The position numbers and the translations under genes were made by a program. From NCBI RefSeq assembly GCF_009914755.1, contig NC_060936.1: a DNA stretch of 64,000 nt; one strand, given 5' to 3'. Shown piece by piece: positions 1 through 27,083 of this stretch. The stretch's first letter is position 1; each line of letters begins with the position of its first letter. The notes beneath the pieces were generated by a model. The model was not told the DNA's origin. It was given only the letters and a program-made list of their open reading frames with translations, and searched no databases. Source of the stretch: the human T2T-CHM13v2.0 reference genome, Homo sapiens.

Positions 1-384
1 ACCATGCAGTGTCAGCTTGACCTTGGGAAGGGTGGAGACAGAGAAACTAAGGTCATCCAAATGGGTTCTCTTGTCCATGAGACTAACCTCCAGTAAAACC
101 CTCAACCCCAAGGCTCCGGTAAGCTTCTTGTTGGGGAGTATTTTCTGTACTTTCTGCCACATATCGCTGGGTGAATTAAGCATTGGTCACATGATGCCAC
201 TGGGAGAGGACAACAGGAAGCTTGTGCTTGGTTTCTCCTGGACTCTGCCCTATGCACCTTTTTCTGCTGCTGATTTTAATCTGTATCCTTTTGTTGTAAT
301 AAACTATAACTATGAGTATAACAGCTTGACTCAGTTTTGTGAGTCCTTCTAATCAATCACTGAACTTTTGGTACCCCAAAACAC
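1..384 (+). mobile_element. LTR, MER77-like (3' part; runs off window start)
   Basis: Motifs 'tcagcttgacc..ggagacagag', 'ccactgggagaggacaac.ggaagcttg.gc.tgg', aataaa, ending '...ccccaaaacaca' resemble the MER77/MER21-group LTR as recalled; paralogous copy at 27496-28033. Confidence 0.6.
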
Positions 385-597
385 AAGGTTGTTTCTTAAT
401 TGAATTTTCCATATTATGTAAGAAACCTACGTGCATAATTGAAAATCCTACACTAAGAAAGAGCTTTCCATGCAGTGTACTCCCCACCCTGTTTCTCCAA
501 TGCTCCCAAGTCTACTTTCTGAATAACCAAATATTTAAATTTTCTAAACTATTTATAATCTATATATCTGAGTGCTTATCCGTTATATAATAGGTAG

Positions 598-920
<323 letters not shown>

Positions 921-992
921 CCTCCTTCTTAATATATCAATTTGATATATTACCTGATAGCTTCGTGTTCTGATAGCTGATGACTTGGCTGA

Positions 993-1360
<368 letters not shown>

Positions 1361-1435
1361 ACTCACTATTTTCAATGGCTCTGTTGGTTACCATTCACAA
1401 CATTCAACAATTAGACTTATATCTCATTTATTTAT

Positions 1436-1846
1436 TTTTAATTTTTTTCTGTTTTTAGGTTTAAGGGATACATGTGCAGGCTTGTTACATGGGTAAATTG
1501 CATGTCACTTGGGTTTGGTGTACAAATGATATAGTCACCCAGGTAGTAACCACAGTACCCAATAGTTTTTTGACCCATAGCCTCATGCCACCCTCCCCAC
1601 TCAAGCAGGCTCCAGTGTCTATTGATCCCATCTCTGTGTCCATGTGTACTCAATGTTTAGCTCCCACTTATAAGTGAGACCATGGGCTATTTGGTTACCT
1701 GATGCTGCATCAATTTGTTTAGGATAATGGCCTCCAGCTGCATCCATGTTGCTTCAAGGGCCATGGTTTCTTTTTCTACGGCTATGTAGTATTCCATGGT
1801 GTATAATTACCACATTTTTGTTATCCAATCCACTGCTGATGGGCAT
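1436..1846 (-). mobile_element. L1 3' end (old L1PA-type)
   Basis: T-rich tail, then 'tacatgtgcaggcttgttacatgggtaaattg...ctcccacttataagtgag...ctgcatccatgttgct', the reverse complement of an L1 3' UTR/ORF2 end. Confidence 0.85.
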
Positions 1847-1855
1847 CATATATGC

Positions 1856-7799
<5,944 letters not shown>

Positions 7800-7904
7800 G
7801 GGCTGGGTGCAGTGGCTCACGTCTGTAATCTCAGCACTATCATTTTCTCACATGAATCGGAAAATGCCGATCTCTGCATCCTAAATCTAAACTAATTTCC
7901 CATT

Positions 7905-9065
<1,161 letters not shown>

Positions 9066-9071
9066 TCCCCT

Positions 9072-10030
9072 TGAGAGAAAAAAACCCTTTAGGGAGTTAG
9101 GGCAGGTCCTTGGTAAAACTCCTTTAAACAGAGAAACAGCCTGAAAAATCAGGCTGCAGGCACAGAGAAGGAAAACTAGCAAAGCGGGTTGTCCTAAAGA
9201 CAATTCCTCAGCTGCATTGATAAGGGACCGAGGCCCAACATAGAAATGCCTTTGTCCTTTGTGTGACCAGCGGGCTTCCAGGAAATAGTCGCTTTTTTGT
9301 GGGCTCTGTTAGATTTTGAAGGGAAGGTGAAGGTTAAAGAAAGAGAGAGAGTTGGCGGCTCTATGGAGGGGACCAACTAAATGCCAGAGCCCACTGCCGC
9401 TTACAGGCTGGAGTAATTATAGGCCTGGTCAGGAGGGGTCTGGGCAGTATGGCTTGTTGCCTGGGAGAATGTTGATAAGGATGTTTCTTGGGCCTTTCCC
9501 CAGCAGGATGTCATAAGGAAGTCAGGCAGTTGGGGAGGATGTTTCTCGCAGCCCAAACCCCAGTGGAATATTTCCCTCTGACCAGGCTCTGTGAAATGGT
9601 GGGGGCTTACAAATCGGTGCAGCTTGGACCAACAGGCTCCGGCGGCCACTTTCCTTTTCTGGACATGCTTTGGACTGTGAGCCGAGGCTCTATGAATCAT
9701 CACTTCAGCCCCTGATTGGTCCTGGGCCAAACTTTCACTTCAGCCCCTGATTGGTCTTGGGCCAAAATTTCACTTCAGCCTCTGATTGGTCCCAGGCTAA
9801 GGTCCCAGGCCAAGCGAAGTAGTGCTTTCGCCAAGACAGCTCACAGACCAGTGAGCACATTCTTCCCCTTCCCAGTTCACAAAACCCCCAGATTCAGCCT
9901 CCTAGTTTGCAACCCTCTTTCGGGTCCCCTCTCCGCTGGGGAGAGCTTTATTCTTTTGCTTATTAAACTTCTGTTCCAACCTCATCCTTTGTGTCCACGT
10001 TCCTTAATATTCTTGGCTGTGAGAGAAAGA
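9072..10030 (+). mobile_element. ERV1 (MER4-group) solo LTR, LTR25/MER50-like, split by a nested LTR
   Basis: 5' 'gttagggcaggtcct...aacagcctgaaaaatcaggctgcaggcacag'; three 35-bp repeats each containing ATTGG (starts 9701, 9736, 9771); 3' 'gggtcccctctccgctg..gagagcttt..ttattaaactt'. Confidence 0.7.
9307..9634 (-). mobile_element. LTR18-like (ERVL) solo LTR with 5-bp TSD GGCTC
   Basis: TG...CA termini; GGCTC at 9302-9306 and 9635-9639; reverse complement starts tgttggtccaagctgcaccgatttgtaagccccc, as recalled for LTR18. Confidence 0.85.
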
Positions 10031-10339
10031 AGGCGAAGACAAGAGCCTTTATCCTAACAACTCAATTGCTGGAGAGAAGTTTCGTGCATGTTCTATGTGG
10101 CATCACATGCCATAGCCCTGGGATTGAAAGCCATGCAGTTTAAGGGATGGTGTTAATCTCAGTCCAAATAGGTAATAAGATCTTTCACTTTGCGATATCT
10201 TAGGGGTAGGAATGAGATTGGGGGTTTGATCAATAGTTTGTACCCATAGGACCAGGGATTTGCCCAGTCATCTGTGAGTAAATGCTTGCTGCTTGCGCCA
10301 GTTTCCATGTCTGTATTGAATTAAATACTCATACGGTTC

Positions 10340-11480
<1,141 letters not shown>

Positions 11481-11716
11481 TCACATTGGTGGTCCTCAAC
11501 CTCAAATCCATCAACTCCATCGCTGAATTTTTATTTATGTATTTATTTTTATTTTTGAGGTAGAGTCTCACTCTGTCTCCCAGGCTGGAGTACAGTGGCA
11601 CGATCTCAGCTCATTGCAGCCTTGATCTCCTGTGCTCAAGCGATCCTTCTACCTCAGCCTGCCAAATAAGCTGAAACCAGAGGCACACACTAGCACTGTG
11701 GCATAATTAAAAATAA

Positions 11717-12031
<315 letters not shown>

Positions 12032-12964
12032 TGAATAGTTGGGATTATAGGTACCCACCACCACACCCGACCAATTTTTGTATTTTTAGTAGAGACAGGG
12101 TTTCACCATATTGGCCAGGCTGGTCACGAACTCCTGATCTCAGGTGATCCACCTGCCTCAGCCTCCAAAAGTGCAGTGGCAGGATCAGGGCATACTGCAG
12201 CCTTGACCTCCGAGACTGAAGGGATCCTCCCTCCTCAGCCTCCCAAGTAGCTGGATTATAGGCATATGGCACCATGCCAGGCTAATATTTGTAATTTTTG
12301 CACAGATGGGGTTTTGCCATGTTGCCCAGTCTGATCTTGAACTCCTGAGCTCCAGCAATCTTCCCACCTGAGCCTCCCAAAGTCCTGGGATTACAGGGAA
12401 GAGCCACTGCACCCGGCCTGTCACTGCATTTTTAAAGGGAAGGAGGACTATAGTGAGATTCACTAAGGCTTACAGAAAAGGTAGAACCCTAGATAGATTA
12501 AAAGACAGAAATTATAATATCCTTGAGATGATAATATTCAAATTTAGCTTTCATAGATATGGAAATTTGAAGTACATCAGACTATAAGGTGGCATTTTGT
12601 GCAACTAATTAAAACTATGTTTGAAAGAGGGCAATTGCATTTTCATTACTAATATTAAGTAACAATGAAAATAAATAGAAATAACCAACAAATTGTTATA
12701 TTTAAATCCTCCCTCCTTTTTTGGAAAGAGTATTGATATTTTTAGATTCTAATCAAAACTTCTCTTTTAAAATAATTGATGATTTTATGGAGATAGGGAG
12801 GGAATAACCTATGTTTATTAAACACCTAATATTCCACTTACCCGAATGTCATTTATTCTATATTCTAGTTTTTTTGTTGAGACAGGGTCTTGCTCTGTTA
12901 CCTAGCCTAGAGTGCAGTGGGGTGGTCACAGCTCACTGATATATACCACCATGCCTGGCTTATT

Positions 12965-13085
12965 ATTTTATTTTATTTTATTTTATTTTATTTTATTTTA
13001 TTTTATTTTATTTTGATGTTATTTTATGTTATTTTATGTTATTTTATGTTATTTTATTTATTTTATTTTATTTTTTGTTATTTTT
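12965..13085. repeat. (TTTTA)n/(TTATG) compound microsatellite in an AluJ linker
   Basis: Read directly from the sequence. Confidence 0.9.
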
Positions 13086-13556
13086 GCAGAGATGGTGTCT
13101 CCCTATATTTCCCAGGCTTGACTTGAACTTCTGGGCTCAAGCGATCCTCCTACCTTGGCATCCCAAAGTGCTGGGATCATAGGCATAAGACACTGTGCTC
13201 AGCCAATATAATAATCTTGATAGTAGAAGTGTCTCAGTGTACTGGAAAACGTTGTCTACATTTTGAAAAAAATATTTAAAAATGTGTTGGTTTTATTTGG
13301 CCAATACTGATTTCTTTGCTCCATCATTATTTATTGGCATTATTAGCCAGTTGACTTTCAATTTCCTTACATCCATCTCACTCCATTTCTTTTATTTTTT
13401 ACCCCAAATAGAAATTCTTTTTTTTTTTTTTAGATGGATTCTTGCTCTTGGCTCTTGTGACCCAGGCTGGAGTGCAGTGGTGCAGTCTCAGCTCACTGTA
13501 ATCTTCACCTTCCAGGTTCAGGGGATTCTCCTGCCCCAGCCTCCTGAGTAGCCTAG

Positions 13557-13753
<197 letters not shown>

Positions 13754-14363
13754 TGAGCCACCACACCTGACTTATTTTTGTATTTTTAGTAGAGACAGGG
13801 TTTTGCCATGTTGGCCAGGTTGGTCTGGAACTCCTGATGTCAAGTCATCCACCTGCCTCGGCCTCTCAAAGTGCTGGGATTACAGGCATGAACCACTGTG
13901 CCCGGCTTTTTTCTATTTTTATATTTATTTATATTTTGATAGACAGTCTCACTCTGTTGCCCAGGCTGGAGTGCAGTGGCACAGTCTGGGCTCACTGCAA
14001 CCTCCGCCTCCCAGGCTGAAGCGATTCTCCTGCCTCTGCCTCCTGAGTAGCTGCCACCACGCCTGGCTACCTTTTGTATTTTAATTAGAGACAAGGTTTC
14101 ACCATGTTGGCCAGGCTGGTCTTGAACTCCTGACCTCAGGTGATCTGCCCACCTTGGCCTCCCAAAGTGGCCTTGCTTGAGGCCAGGAGTTTGAGACCAG
14201 CCTGGCCAACAATGGTGAAACCTGCTCTCTACCAAAAATAATTAAAAAAAAAAAAAAAATAGCCAGGTATGGTGGTGTGTGCCTGTATTCCAAGCTACTT
14301 TGATGGCTGAGTCACAAAAATCACGTGAACCCAGGAGGCAGAGGTTGCAGTGAGCTGTGATCA

Positions 14364-14710
<347 letters not shown>

Positions 14711-15789
14711 TCAAAAAAAGAAAAAAAAATGTTTACTTTGGATAAATACTTAGAAATGGAATTTCCAGGTCAGCCTTTAGATTTTTTTAATGGATTTAAT
14801 ACGAAAAACCTTTACTTGAGGATGTATAAAGCTTTAAAAGACAGGGTCCCTATTCTTAAGTTAAAAATAAAGCAGCATTTGTAAGGTAATATTCAGAAAA
14901 CATCAGATAATATCCTATAAAGTCCTCCTGTTCATGCTGATGACATTGGATGGCCAGTTAAGGATGACACTTCATTCTGTCTCCTGCAACCATGGTCCTG
15001 ACATGTCTAAATGATACTGGCCCTATGAGAACACTGGATGTGAAAGCATTTCCTCAAGTTATCTTTTTGGCCTGCTGGTTTTAATCTAATGATGGGATAT
15101 CCAAAGTGAACCTAAAGGAGTTACATGATTATGCATCTGTTGGGGGGAATCAGAGACAGCTAGAGCAAGGGCAGACACGTGCTGAACTCATCTGTCTTAA
15201 GAGCTGAAGCAAGCAGCAGTGTTGCCAGCAGAGCTACTGCACATCTGTACACGTGGCTCTAATGGCTCTGACCTGTTTTTTTTTTTCCCAGTATGAACCT
15301 AATACATGAGGCAAATTAGAAAATCAGAGTTGGCCAGGCATGGTGGCTCACGCCTGTAATCCTGGTACTTTGGGAGCCAACGTGGGTGGATCACTTGAGG
15401 CCACGAGTTTGAGACCAGCCTCAGCAACACAGTGAAACCCCGTCTCTACCAAAAATACAAAAATTAGCTGGGTGTGGTGGCAGGCACCTGTAATCCCAGC
15501 TATGGGAGGCTGAGGTTGCAGTGAGCCAAGATCAGGCCACTGCACTTCAGCCTGGGTGACAGAGCAAGACTGTCTCAAGAAAAAAAAAAGGGAAAGGAAA
15601 GGAAAGAAAATCACAGCTTGTTAGCCACTTGCAGCTAAACACATATGCACAAAAATTATTCAGTAAAAGCAAAACAGTTTTGGTGTATCTTGAGATTTTG
15701 TTTTATATCCAAAGGAAGACTATATCTTTTATCTTTGAACTACTCTTTGGAAAATGCCTTCTATATAACAAATGTTATAGTTTTCTTCT

Positions 15790-16263
<474 letters not shown>

Positions 16264-16711
16264 TGATCTGCCCTACTCGGCCTCCCAAAGTTCTGGTATT
16301 ACAGGCGTGAGCCACCGCGCCTGGCCTTTTATATATTTATTTATTTTTTTGAGACAGGATCTTGCTCTGGTGCCTAGGCTGGAGTGCAAGTGGCAGGATC
16401 ACAGCTCATTGCAGCCTTGACCTCCTAGGCTCAAGCAATCCTCCCACCTCAGCCTCCCAAGTAGCTGGGACTAGAGGCATGTCCCACTACATCTGGCTAA
16501 TTTGTATATGATATCTATTTTTGTAGAGATAGAGTTTTGCCATGTTGCCCAGGTAGATCTTGGACTCTTGAACTCAAGCAATTCACCTGCCTTGGCCTCC
16601 TAAAGTGCTGTGATTACAGGTGTGGGTTACCACACACAGCCAATGTACATTTAATTATCAAAGTACTATCTATACCACTTTATGGAAGTACTAATTATCA
16701 AAGTGCAATAG

Positions 16712-17043
<332 letters not shown>

Positions 17044-17306
17044 TAAACTTTTTGTAGATATTTTTGAAAAATCCTGTCTTCCTTTAAGAAAAGAGACAAG
17101 GCTGGGTGTGGTGGCTCATGCCTGTAATCCCAGCACTTTGGGAGGCCAAGTCAGATGGATTGCTTGAGCTTAGGAGTTTGAGAGTAGCCTGGCCAAATGA
17201 CAAAACCTCGTTTCTACTAAAAATACAAAAAAAGAAAAAAATTGGCTGGGCATGGTGGTCCATGCCTATAGTCAAAGCTAATACAGAGGCTGAGGTGGGA
17301 GGATCA

Positions 17307-17513
<207 letters not shown>

Positions 17514-17623
17514 TTACTGTAATATTCTTGAAGCTTTGCCAGGCCTACAGCTTTCTGTGTGCTTTTCTACTCTATTTCACTTATTTAGGAAATAATATAT
17601 CAATATACTTTATTCATTCCCAG

Positions 17624-17704
17624 CTGTAACCATGGAATACTGGGAATGTCCCATTCTATGAAGGAAGTTTGCCGGCTACAACAGGAATATTCATGAACGT
17701 GGAG
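17624..17704 (+). other. Candidate ATG-bearing exon upstream of KRAB-A
   Basis: Acceptor ttcattcccag|; ends ATG AAC GTG GAG|gtactc (phase 0, compatible with KRAB-A). Donor is weak, and an upstream ATG at 17632 opens a short ORF. Confidence 0.3.
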
Positions 17705-17834
17705 GTACTCTGTTGAAGTTACACTAATTTTTTTACTCTTCCCCACTCTCAGCCTAGCCAGTCTGCTCACTATATTCTCTCCATCCTTCAGCACCCTTCC
17801 GTCTCTTCCTTCATCTTAAAAACCTTTCCTTTAA

Positions 17835-18035
<201 letters not shown>

Positions 18036-18238
18036 TAGCTTTCACTTGTCTGGGTGACTTTTCACCTGCTGCCTAGGGAATTGTTTTGTGTTTTGTAGAT
18101 TAATAGATGGGCAGCTCTTTGGGGTCCCTGTATCTTCTCCATGCTTCAGACCTTTACACCTTCCTCTAGTCCTTCGTGAGTACTAAGGGACTAACTTTGA
18201 ATTCAGGAACAGCACGAGTATGTCTTACTTCTTTTCTT

Positions 18239-18670
<432 letters not shown>

Positions 18671-18832
18671 TAAGGACTGAGCAGATGGGGAAGGCGCTGC
18701 TGTTTAGAACCCACCCCATCAGGGAGGCAGCACCGTAAAGGTATTGTTTGAGGAATCTCTTCCGCAAGGTCCCATGTAAGAGTTGTGGCCTAAGACACAT
18801 GGAGAAAAGTCAAGATAACCCCACCACACACA

Positions 18833-20525
<1,693 letters not shown>

Positions 20526-20763
20526 ATGAATATAAAAGAAATAGACACAGCAAACCTTAATGCATGAACTCAAACAAAGGCTTTCACTGCCAGGCTCCAT
20601 CTTTGTAAAACTGAACCTAGGACAAAGTGCACGTTTCTAACTAGCAATTCTGGAGGACAGATCAGGGAGACAGCCTGAGCTTGCTTTTCTGCAATTTCAT
20701 TGACTGGTCAGTAAAGTCAGTGTTTGCAGGCATTTTCAATGTTCTGTAGTAGGTTTCAGTGCC

Positions 20764-21300
20764 TGTGGCAGGCCAGGTTTCCAATAGCAACCAGAACAGT
20801 TTCTACTAACCCTTTACTATAATTTTGATGAATGCATAAGTTAACGTTAATGAAATGGAGAAACTGGTACCTGAGTATCAGGGATGGAATGTGAAAAGAA
20901 ACCCATTGAGACCCCGCCTGGGTTTTCTCAGACCCTAAAGTCTGATCGAATAATGATAGCATTCGTACACATTCACCTCGGCCTGTCTTAAGATTCAGAA
21001 ACTTTCCAAGACTCTAGAGAAATCTTTCCAGACGCTAGACCCGAGTTAAAGATTAGATGTTGATGGAATGAAACACTCCTGCTTGTAGGTGAAATCCCAC
21101 ATGGAGCTTAAGATGTATATAAGCACTAGAAAAAAAAGAAAACTTGTAACTTTGAGTTGATCTGGTGAGTTACCTGGCGCTTCTCCCTGTAAGTGGCTGC
21201 AGAAATAAACTTCTTTCCTTCCCAGTCTGTCTGTATCTCATTATTGAACAATTGCAATTGACCTGCCCAGCAAAGTCCTCTTTTGTGTGGTTATCTGGGA
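20764..21300 (+). mobile_element. ERV1 solo LTR, LTR10-like (HERV-I group)
   Basis: Starts TGTGGCAGGCCAGGT; TATA-like 'gtatataagc' ~21115; 'ttctccctgtaa..gg.tgcagaaataaa' with AATAAA 21204-21209. 3' end approximate. Confidence 0.65.
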
Positions 21301-21694
21301 CGCCCTTGGAGGGAATATTTGAAATTTTCCATTTCAAAGCATTCTGTTGGCACTCTTACACTGTTTTTCTCTGCCTGCCCTGGGACCTGAGTTCTCCTGG
21401 ATGCGAATCCCCAGCCACAGAGCCTAGAAGCCCATTCCTCCACATTCTGTGACTGTTACCCAAACACAGGGAAAATTTGCAGAAAATAAGCCTAAAAATC
21501 TTGTCATTCTTTGCAATAAGACCCCACATTAAAATCTGCTGAAAACAGGATTTTAGCCTGAATAGGTTTTTCCTCTATTTGAAACCAATCATTTCCCTTT
21601 ACAATTTTGGAGGGAAGTTTCAAAATCAATCAGTAAGCACCCCCCACCGCCGGTTTATCCTTATGTAAAGTGTGCCCTCTGCACATGCAAGATT

Positions 21695-22007
21695 GAATAA
21701 ACCTTGAAAATATTGTGCTAAGTGAAAGAAGCCAGTCACAAAGGACCACATGTTATGTAATTCCATTTAAATAAAGTGTCCAAAATAGCCTAATACATAG
21801 GAACAGAAAGTAGATTCGTGGTGGCCCAGGGTTAGGGGAGTTGGGGGAAAATGGAGGGATATGGGGTTTACTTCAGGGTAATGAAAATGATCTAAAATTT
21901 ATTGTGGTGATGTTTGCATGACAGTGTAAATATACTGAAAACCATTGAATTTTACACTTTAAATCAGTGGCTTCTGTGGTATGTTATCAATATTTCTCAA
22001 TAAAACA
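21695..22007 (+). mobile_element. L1MB/L1ME-type 3' end
   Basis: 'aaccttgaaaatattgtgctaagtgaaagaagccagtcacaaaggaccacat...accattgaattttacactttaaa...ctcaataaa'. Confidence 0.85.
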
Positions 22008-23174
22008 TCAAAAAAATAGTGCCTATGTGTCTTTTTATGTATTATTCCTCCAGAGTCCAGTCCATATTTTTTACATTTGATAAATAAATTAAGATTTTGT
22101 TTCTTTTCTTTTTTTTATTTTTTTTTGAGACGGAATCTCCCTCTGTTGCCCAGACTGGGGTGCATTGGCACAATCTTGGCTCAGTGCAACCTCCAGGCTA
22201 ATTTTTGTATTTTTAGTAGAGACAGTGTTTCACCATGGTGGCTAGACTAGTCTCAAACTTCTGACCTCAAGTGAGTCCCCCACCTTGGTCTCCAAAATTG
22301 CTGACATTACAGGCATGAGCCACCGCACCCAGCCCAAGATTTAGTTTCTGTTGTTCTGATGCCCTAGGGTCATCTTATTCTACCTTAATTTCTGACGCAT
22401 CATCTCAGTGGAAATTTTACATTAGGTCCCAAAGTATTTTAGTCTTTTTAAGATTTTATCAGATGAGTACAGTGGCTCAAACCTGTAATCTCAACACTTT
22501 GGGAGGCCAAGGTATGAGGATCAGTTGAGCCCAGGAGTTCAAGAGCAGTCTCTGTAACATAGTGAGACACACATATCTACAAAAAAAAGTTTAATTAGGT
22601 GGGCATATTGGTGCATGCCTGTGGTCTCAGCTACTATGTAGGCTGAGGAGGGAGGATCACTTGAGCCCAGGAGGTTGACGCTACAGTGGCCTTGATTATA
22701 CCACTGCACTCCAGCCTGGGTGACAGAGCGATACCCTGTCTTAAAAAAAAAAAAAAATTAATTGGAATTTTTTTTAGAAAACGAAGTATACACTTAGTGA
22801 CTTAATACAAATGAATGAATTTTTTAATCTACAGAAACCAAAACAAATAAATAAATTAATAAATAAAAACCCAAAGCCATTCTTCTTATGTGAATCTCTG
22901 GTATCTCTGAATTATAAGAATTGTGAATTATGATTAATAACAAATATGCATGACAAGGACTTAATAAGGGATAGGCATTAATAAACTGCCATACACACTT
23001 ACTGGTGTAAGGCCTTTAAAGATGTACAAGAAAAAGCAAGAAAAGGCATTGAAAAATTGCATTGCCTACCAAAACACTAAAGTTTACCTAAGTCCATTAA
23101 TCAGCACACACACACACACACAACGGCTGTGTAAAATGGTCATCAAAGTCTCCTTTGAATGTATCCTTTTATTA

Positions 23175-23520
23175 ATAGGTCTGTGGGGGTAAGAGATGAG
23201 GTTCTGTAGATCCTGGAATCAGGGATGGGGAATCTGTGGGGTTCCTGGGGTGAGAGATGACGATCTGTAGATTAGTGATGGGTGGTCTTTGGGATAGTGA
23301 TGAGGTCCATGGAATCAATTCTTGTGGGTATGTAGGGTCAGTGATGAGGGAATCTGGTGTCAGTGATGGGATGTGTGTGGAATCAATCTTTGAAAGCCAG
23401 ATTTGTGGTGTCATTTCTCAGGCTGACACATCCTGATCTGTGTGTCAGTGGTGGAAATTCTATGGGGTCAGAGTGTGACAGTCAGGTCCCTGACACTGTG
23501 TGTTCTGGGTCTGGCCAAGT
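23175..23520. repeat. G/T-skewed low-complexity tract (degenerate tctgtg/gtcagtgatg units)
   Basis: Recurrent 'atctgtgg', 'gtcagtgatg', 'ggaatc'; resembles promoter-proximal intron tracts. Confidence 0.55.
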
Positions 23521-23759
23521 GCACAGATTCCCTTGCCTGGTCCTGGCTGGAGAGGCCCTTCTCAAGGACTCCTCACATGAAAGGTGGGTTGGCGGTGGGT
23601 TTTGTTTTTGTTTTTGTTTTGTGGTGGAGGTGGGGGTGGGTTGGCTTTTTCTTTAGGGTTTAGTTTTGCCTCTTAGAGACCACAGACACATGCAGCTTTT
23701 AGGAAGAAATTTTTGTCTGGATGGTCACTAGGTCCTTCGGGCCAAGCCATCTAGTGGGA

Positions 23760-24400
23760 ATAAAGCTGACCATTCCCTCAGCGCGGTTCAGATCTAGACG
23801 GTCATTTTAAGGTGTCCTCAAGGTGGCGTGCAAGTGGGTTGTGGCTTTGAGTGGCAGGTGTGCGGGAAGAAACAACTAAGAAGACCCAGGAGCGCTCCTA
23901 GGCTGGATCTGTCACAGCTGGAAGAACAGCCTCCCTAATCCATCAGGCGCCAATGGGAGGTACCTCTGGTTTGTGAGAGGCTGGTGAAGGCAGGACCTCC
24001 AGACCTAGAGATTCTGGGCACAGAAGCCTGTTACTGCCAGACGCTGAGGCGTTGCCATGGGATCCAAGGGCGTTTCGTGTCATATCAGAGCCTTTCTCAG
24101 ATAATTATTTCGGTAAATGGGGAGCTCTTGTCCAGCACACGCCCCTATGAAGGCTTAATGTGCCATCTCCCGCAGAGTCTTCTTTGGGCTGAGAGCCAAT
24201 TGTTTCTTACATCCCTGTGCTAAACTCACCATCTGCTCCTACATACCCCAGGCATTTGCCACATGCTGGTCCTCTCTTTCCTGACAGGCAGGCCGTCTCT
24301 TCAGCTTCTGTGAGGACAGTTCAAATTATGGAGGAGGGGGCAGGTGCAGGGCGGCAGTGCTGAGCGGAGTACCGGGCAGTTGGGGGAGCAGGGGCTCATT
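23760..24400. promoter_or_regulatory. Second GC-rich, decayed promoter-like region
   Basis: Elevated GC/CpG in non-repeat DNA; CCAAT at ~23950 and ~24196; RFX X-box-like GTTGCCATGGGATC 24051-24064. Confidence 0.35.
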
Positions 24401-25094
24401 TTTCTTTGTAGCTCAGATTCCTAAGCCTGTGACTTTGAGTATTAGTGTCTTCCTTGCAATGTTTCAATCTGAGGTTTTTTGGGACAGTGCAGAATTGGAG
24501 CCCGATGGAAGCCTGGTGGGTAGAGGGGTGGGTGGAGGGAACATGGAGAATGTGTCAGGTGGTGTCTATTCCTGACACCTTACTTTGCCTGCTGGAGTTT
24601 CCCAGTCTGTTCCAGATGCACTCTCTTGACCCTGAAGGGACCTGAAGGGGGATGTTGATCGCCAGTGTGTGCTCCCCTGGACTCGATTGGAATTGGTTCC
24701 ACAAAGTGTTATTTATTTATTTATTTGGAGGAAGTCTCACTCTGTCACCCAGGCTGGAGTGCAGTGGGGCAATCTCAGCTCACTGCAACCTCTGATTCCC
24801 AGGTTCAAGTGATTTTCCTGCTTCAACCTCCCTAGTAGCTGGGACTACAGGTGTCTGCCACCACACCTTGCTAAATTTTTTATTTTTAGTAGAGACAGGG
24901 TTTCACAGTGTTGGTCAGGCTGGTCTCGAACTCCTGACCAGGTGATCGAACCAACTTGGCCTCTCAAAGTGCTGGGATTACAGGCGGGAACCATCACACC
25001 CCGCCAATCCCACAAATTTAAGCATTATGGTACATTGCTACTTTTGAATCACTTATTTTTTACTTGTGTTTTTCCCCCTCCTTTTATTGATTGA

Positions 25095-25286
<192 letters not shown>

Positions 25287-25649
25287 TAACCTGGTCTCAA
25301 ACTTCTGACCCCAAGAGATCCACCTTCCTTGGCCTCCCAAATTGCTGACATAGGCATGAGCCTCCTTGCCCGGACTTCCCTCCTTTTCCTTCAGGGATTT
25401 TAAATGTTTTCTTTCCTCCATCTATTTAATTATGTGTGATTGCTTGAGGATTTCAACTTGAATTAAAATTACATATATTTACCTGTCTTTATTAATATTT
25501 AAACATACTAAAATAATACATGTTCATAATGAAAATGAAACATTACAAATAAATACACAGGAAAGGCAGTATTCCCCCTCCAGTTCCACTCTTGAAATAA
25601 CCAGTTAACAAGATGATGAGCATCTTTCCATGATGTTCTCCAAGATTCA

Positions 25650-26107
<458 letters not shown>

Positions 26108-26858
26108 CTACAATAGATGGTAAGAACAAATCCTCTAGCGGTGAAAATGTAAGAAGGAAAAAGAAATTTCTGTTAGTCTTGTGTGTTGCACCCCAAGCTC
26201 TAAAAAGTACAGTCACGTGTGTGATAAGTGCTTAGTTAAGATGAAAAAGGCATTAAATTTGCGTGTGGAAATCATAAACAGAAATGTGTTCTGATTGACA
26301 GCAATTGGGTCAATGCTACCCAAGTTTCAGGCATCCACTGCAGGTCTTAGAGCACGTCTCCTGCAGATAAGGAAGGGCTACTATATAACGTTTCTTTCTT
26401 TTTTCTTTAATTATGAAGCATTCTCCTTTTTTAATATAACAATTTGCCACATATACCACTTTAGCTATAAAGATATTAGGATACCTTTATAGTAGATAAA
26501 AAGCTAACTCATTCTTTGTAAGAGTTAAAGTATCTTTCATTATACGAGCATTTAAGATATTAAAGTACTTTTGCCACCAAAAATAGTGCTTCTGTAAATA
26601 TTCTTTCACTTATATCTTTATTAATTTTTACTTCTGCTGAAACTAATTGCATGAGGAAACAAGTGTACGTGTATAAAGTGTAATATATGTATATATATTT
26701 AATATGTGTATATACAACTTAATATATACACATACATACAATAACATATACAATTTTTTTGTTTTGTTTTTTGAGATGGAGTTTTGCTCTCTCATCCAGG
26801 CTGGAGTGCAGTGGCATGATCTTGGCTCACTGCAACTTCCACTGCTTTGTTCAAGTGA

Positions 26859-27083
<225 letters not shown>

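Noticed and set aside
9701-9800. 35-bp direct repeats as a CRISPR-like array
   Set aside because: Contiguous tandem units without spacers, inside an LTR in primate DNA.
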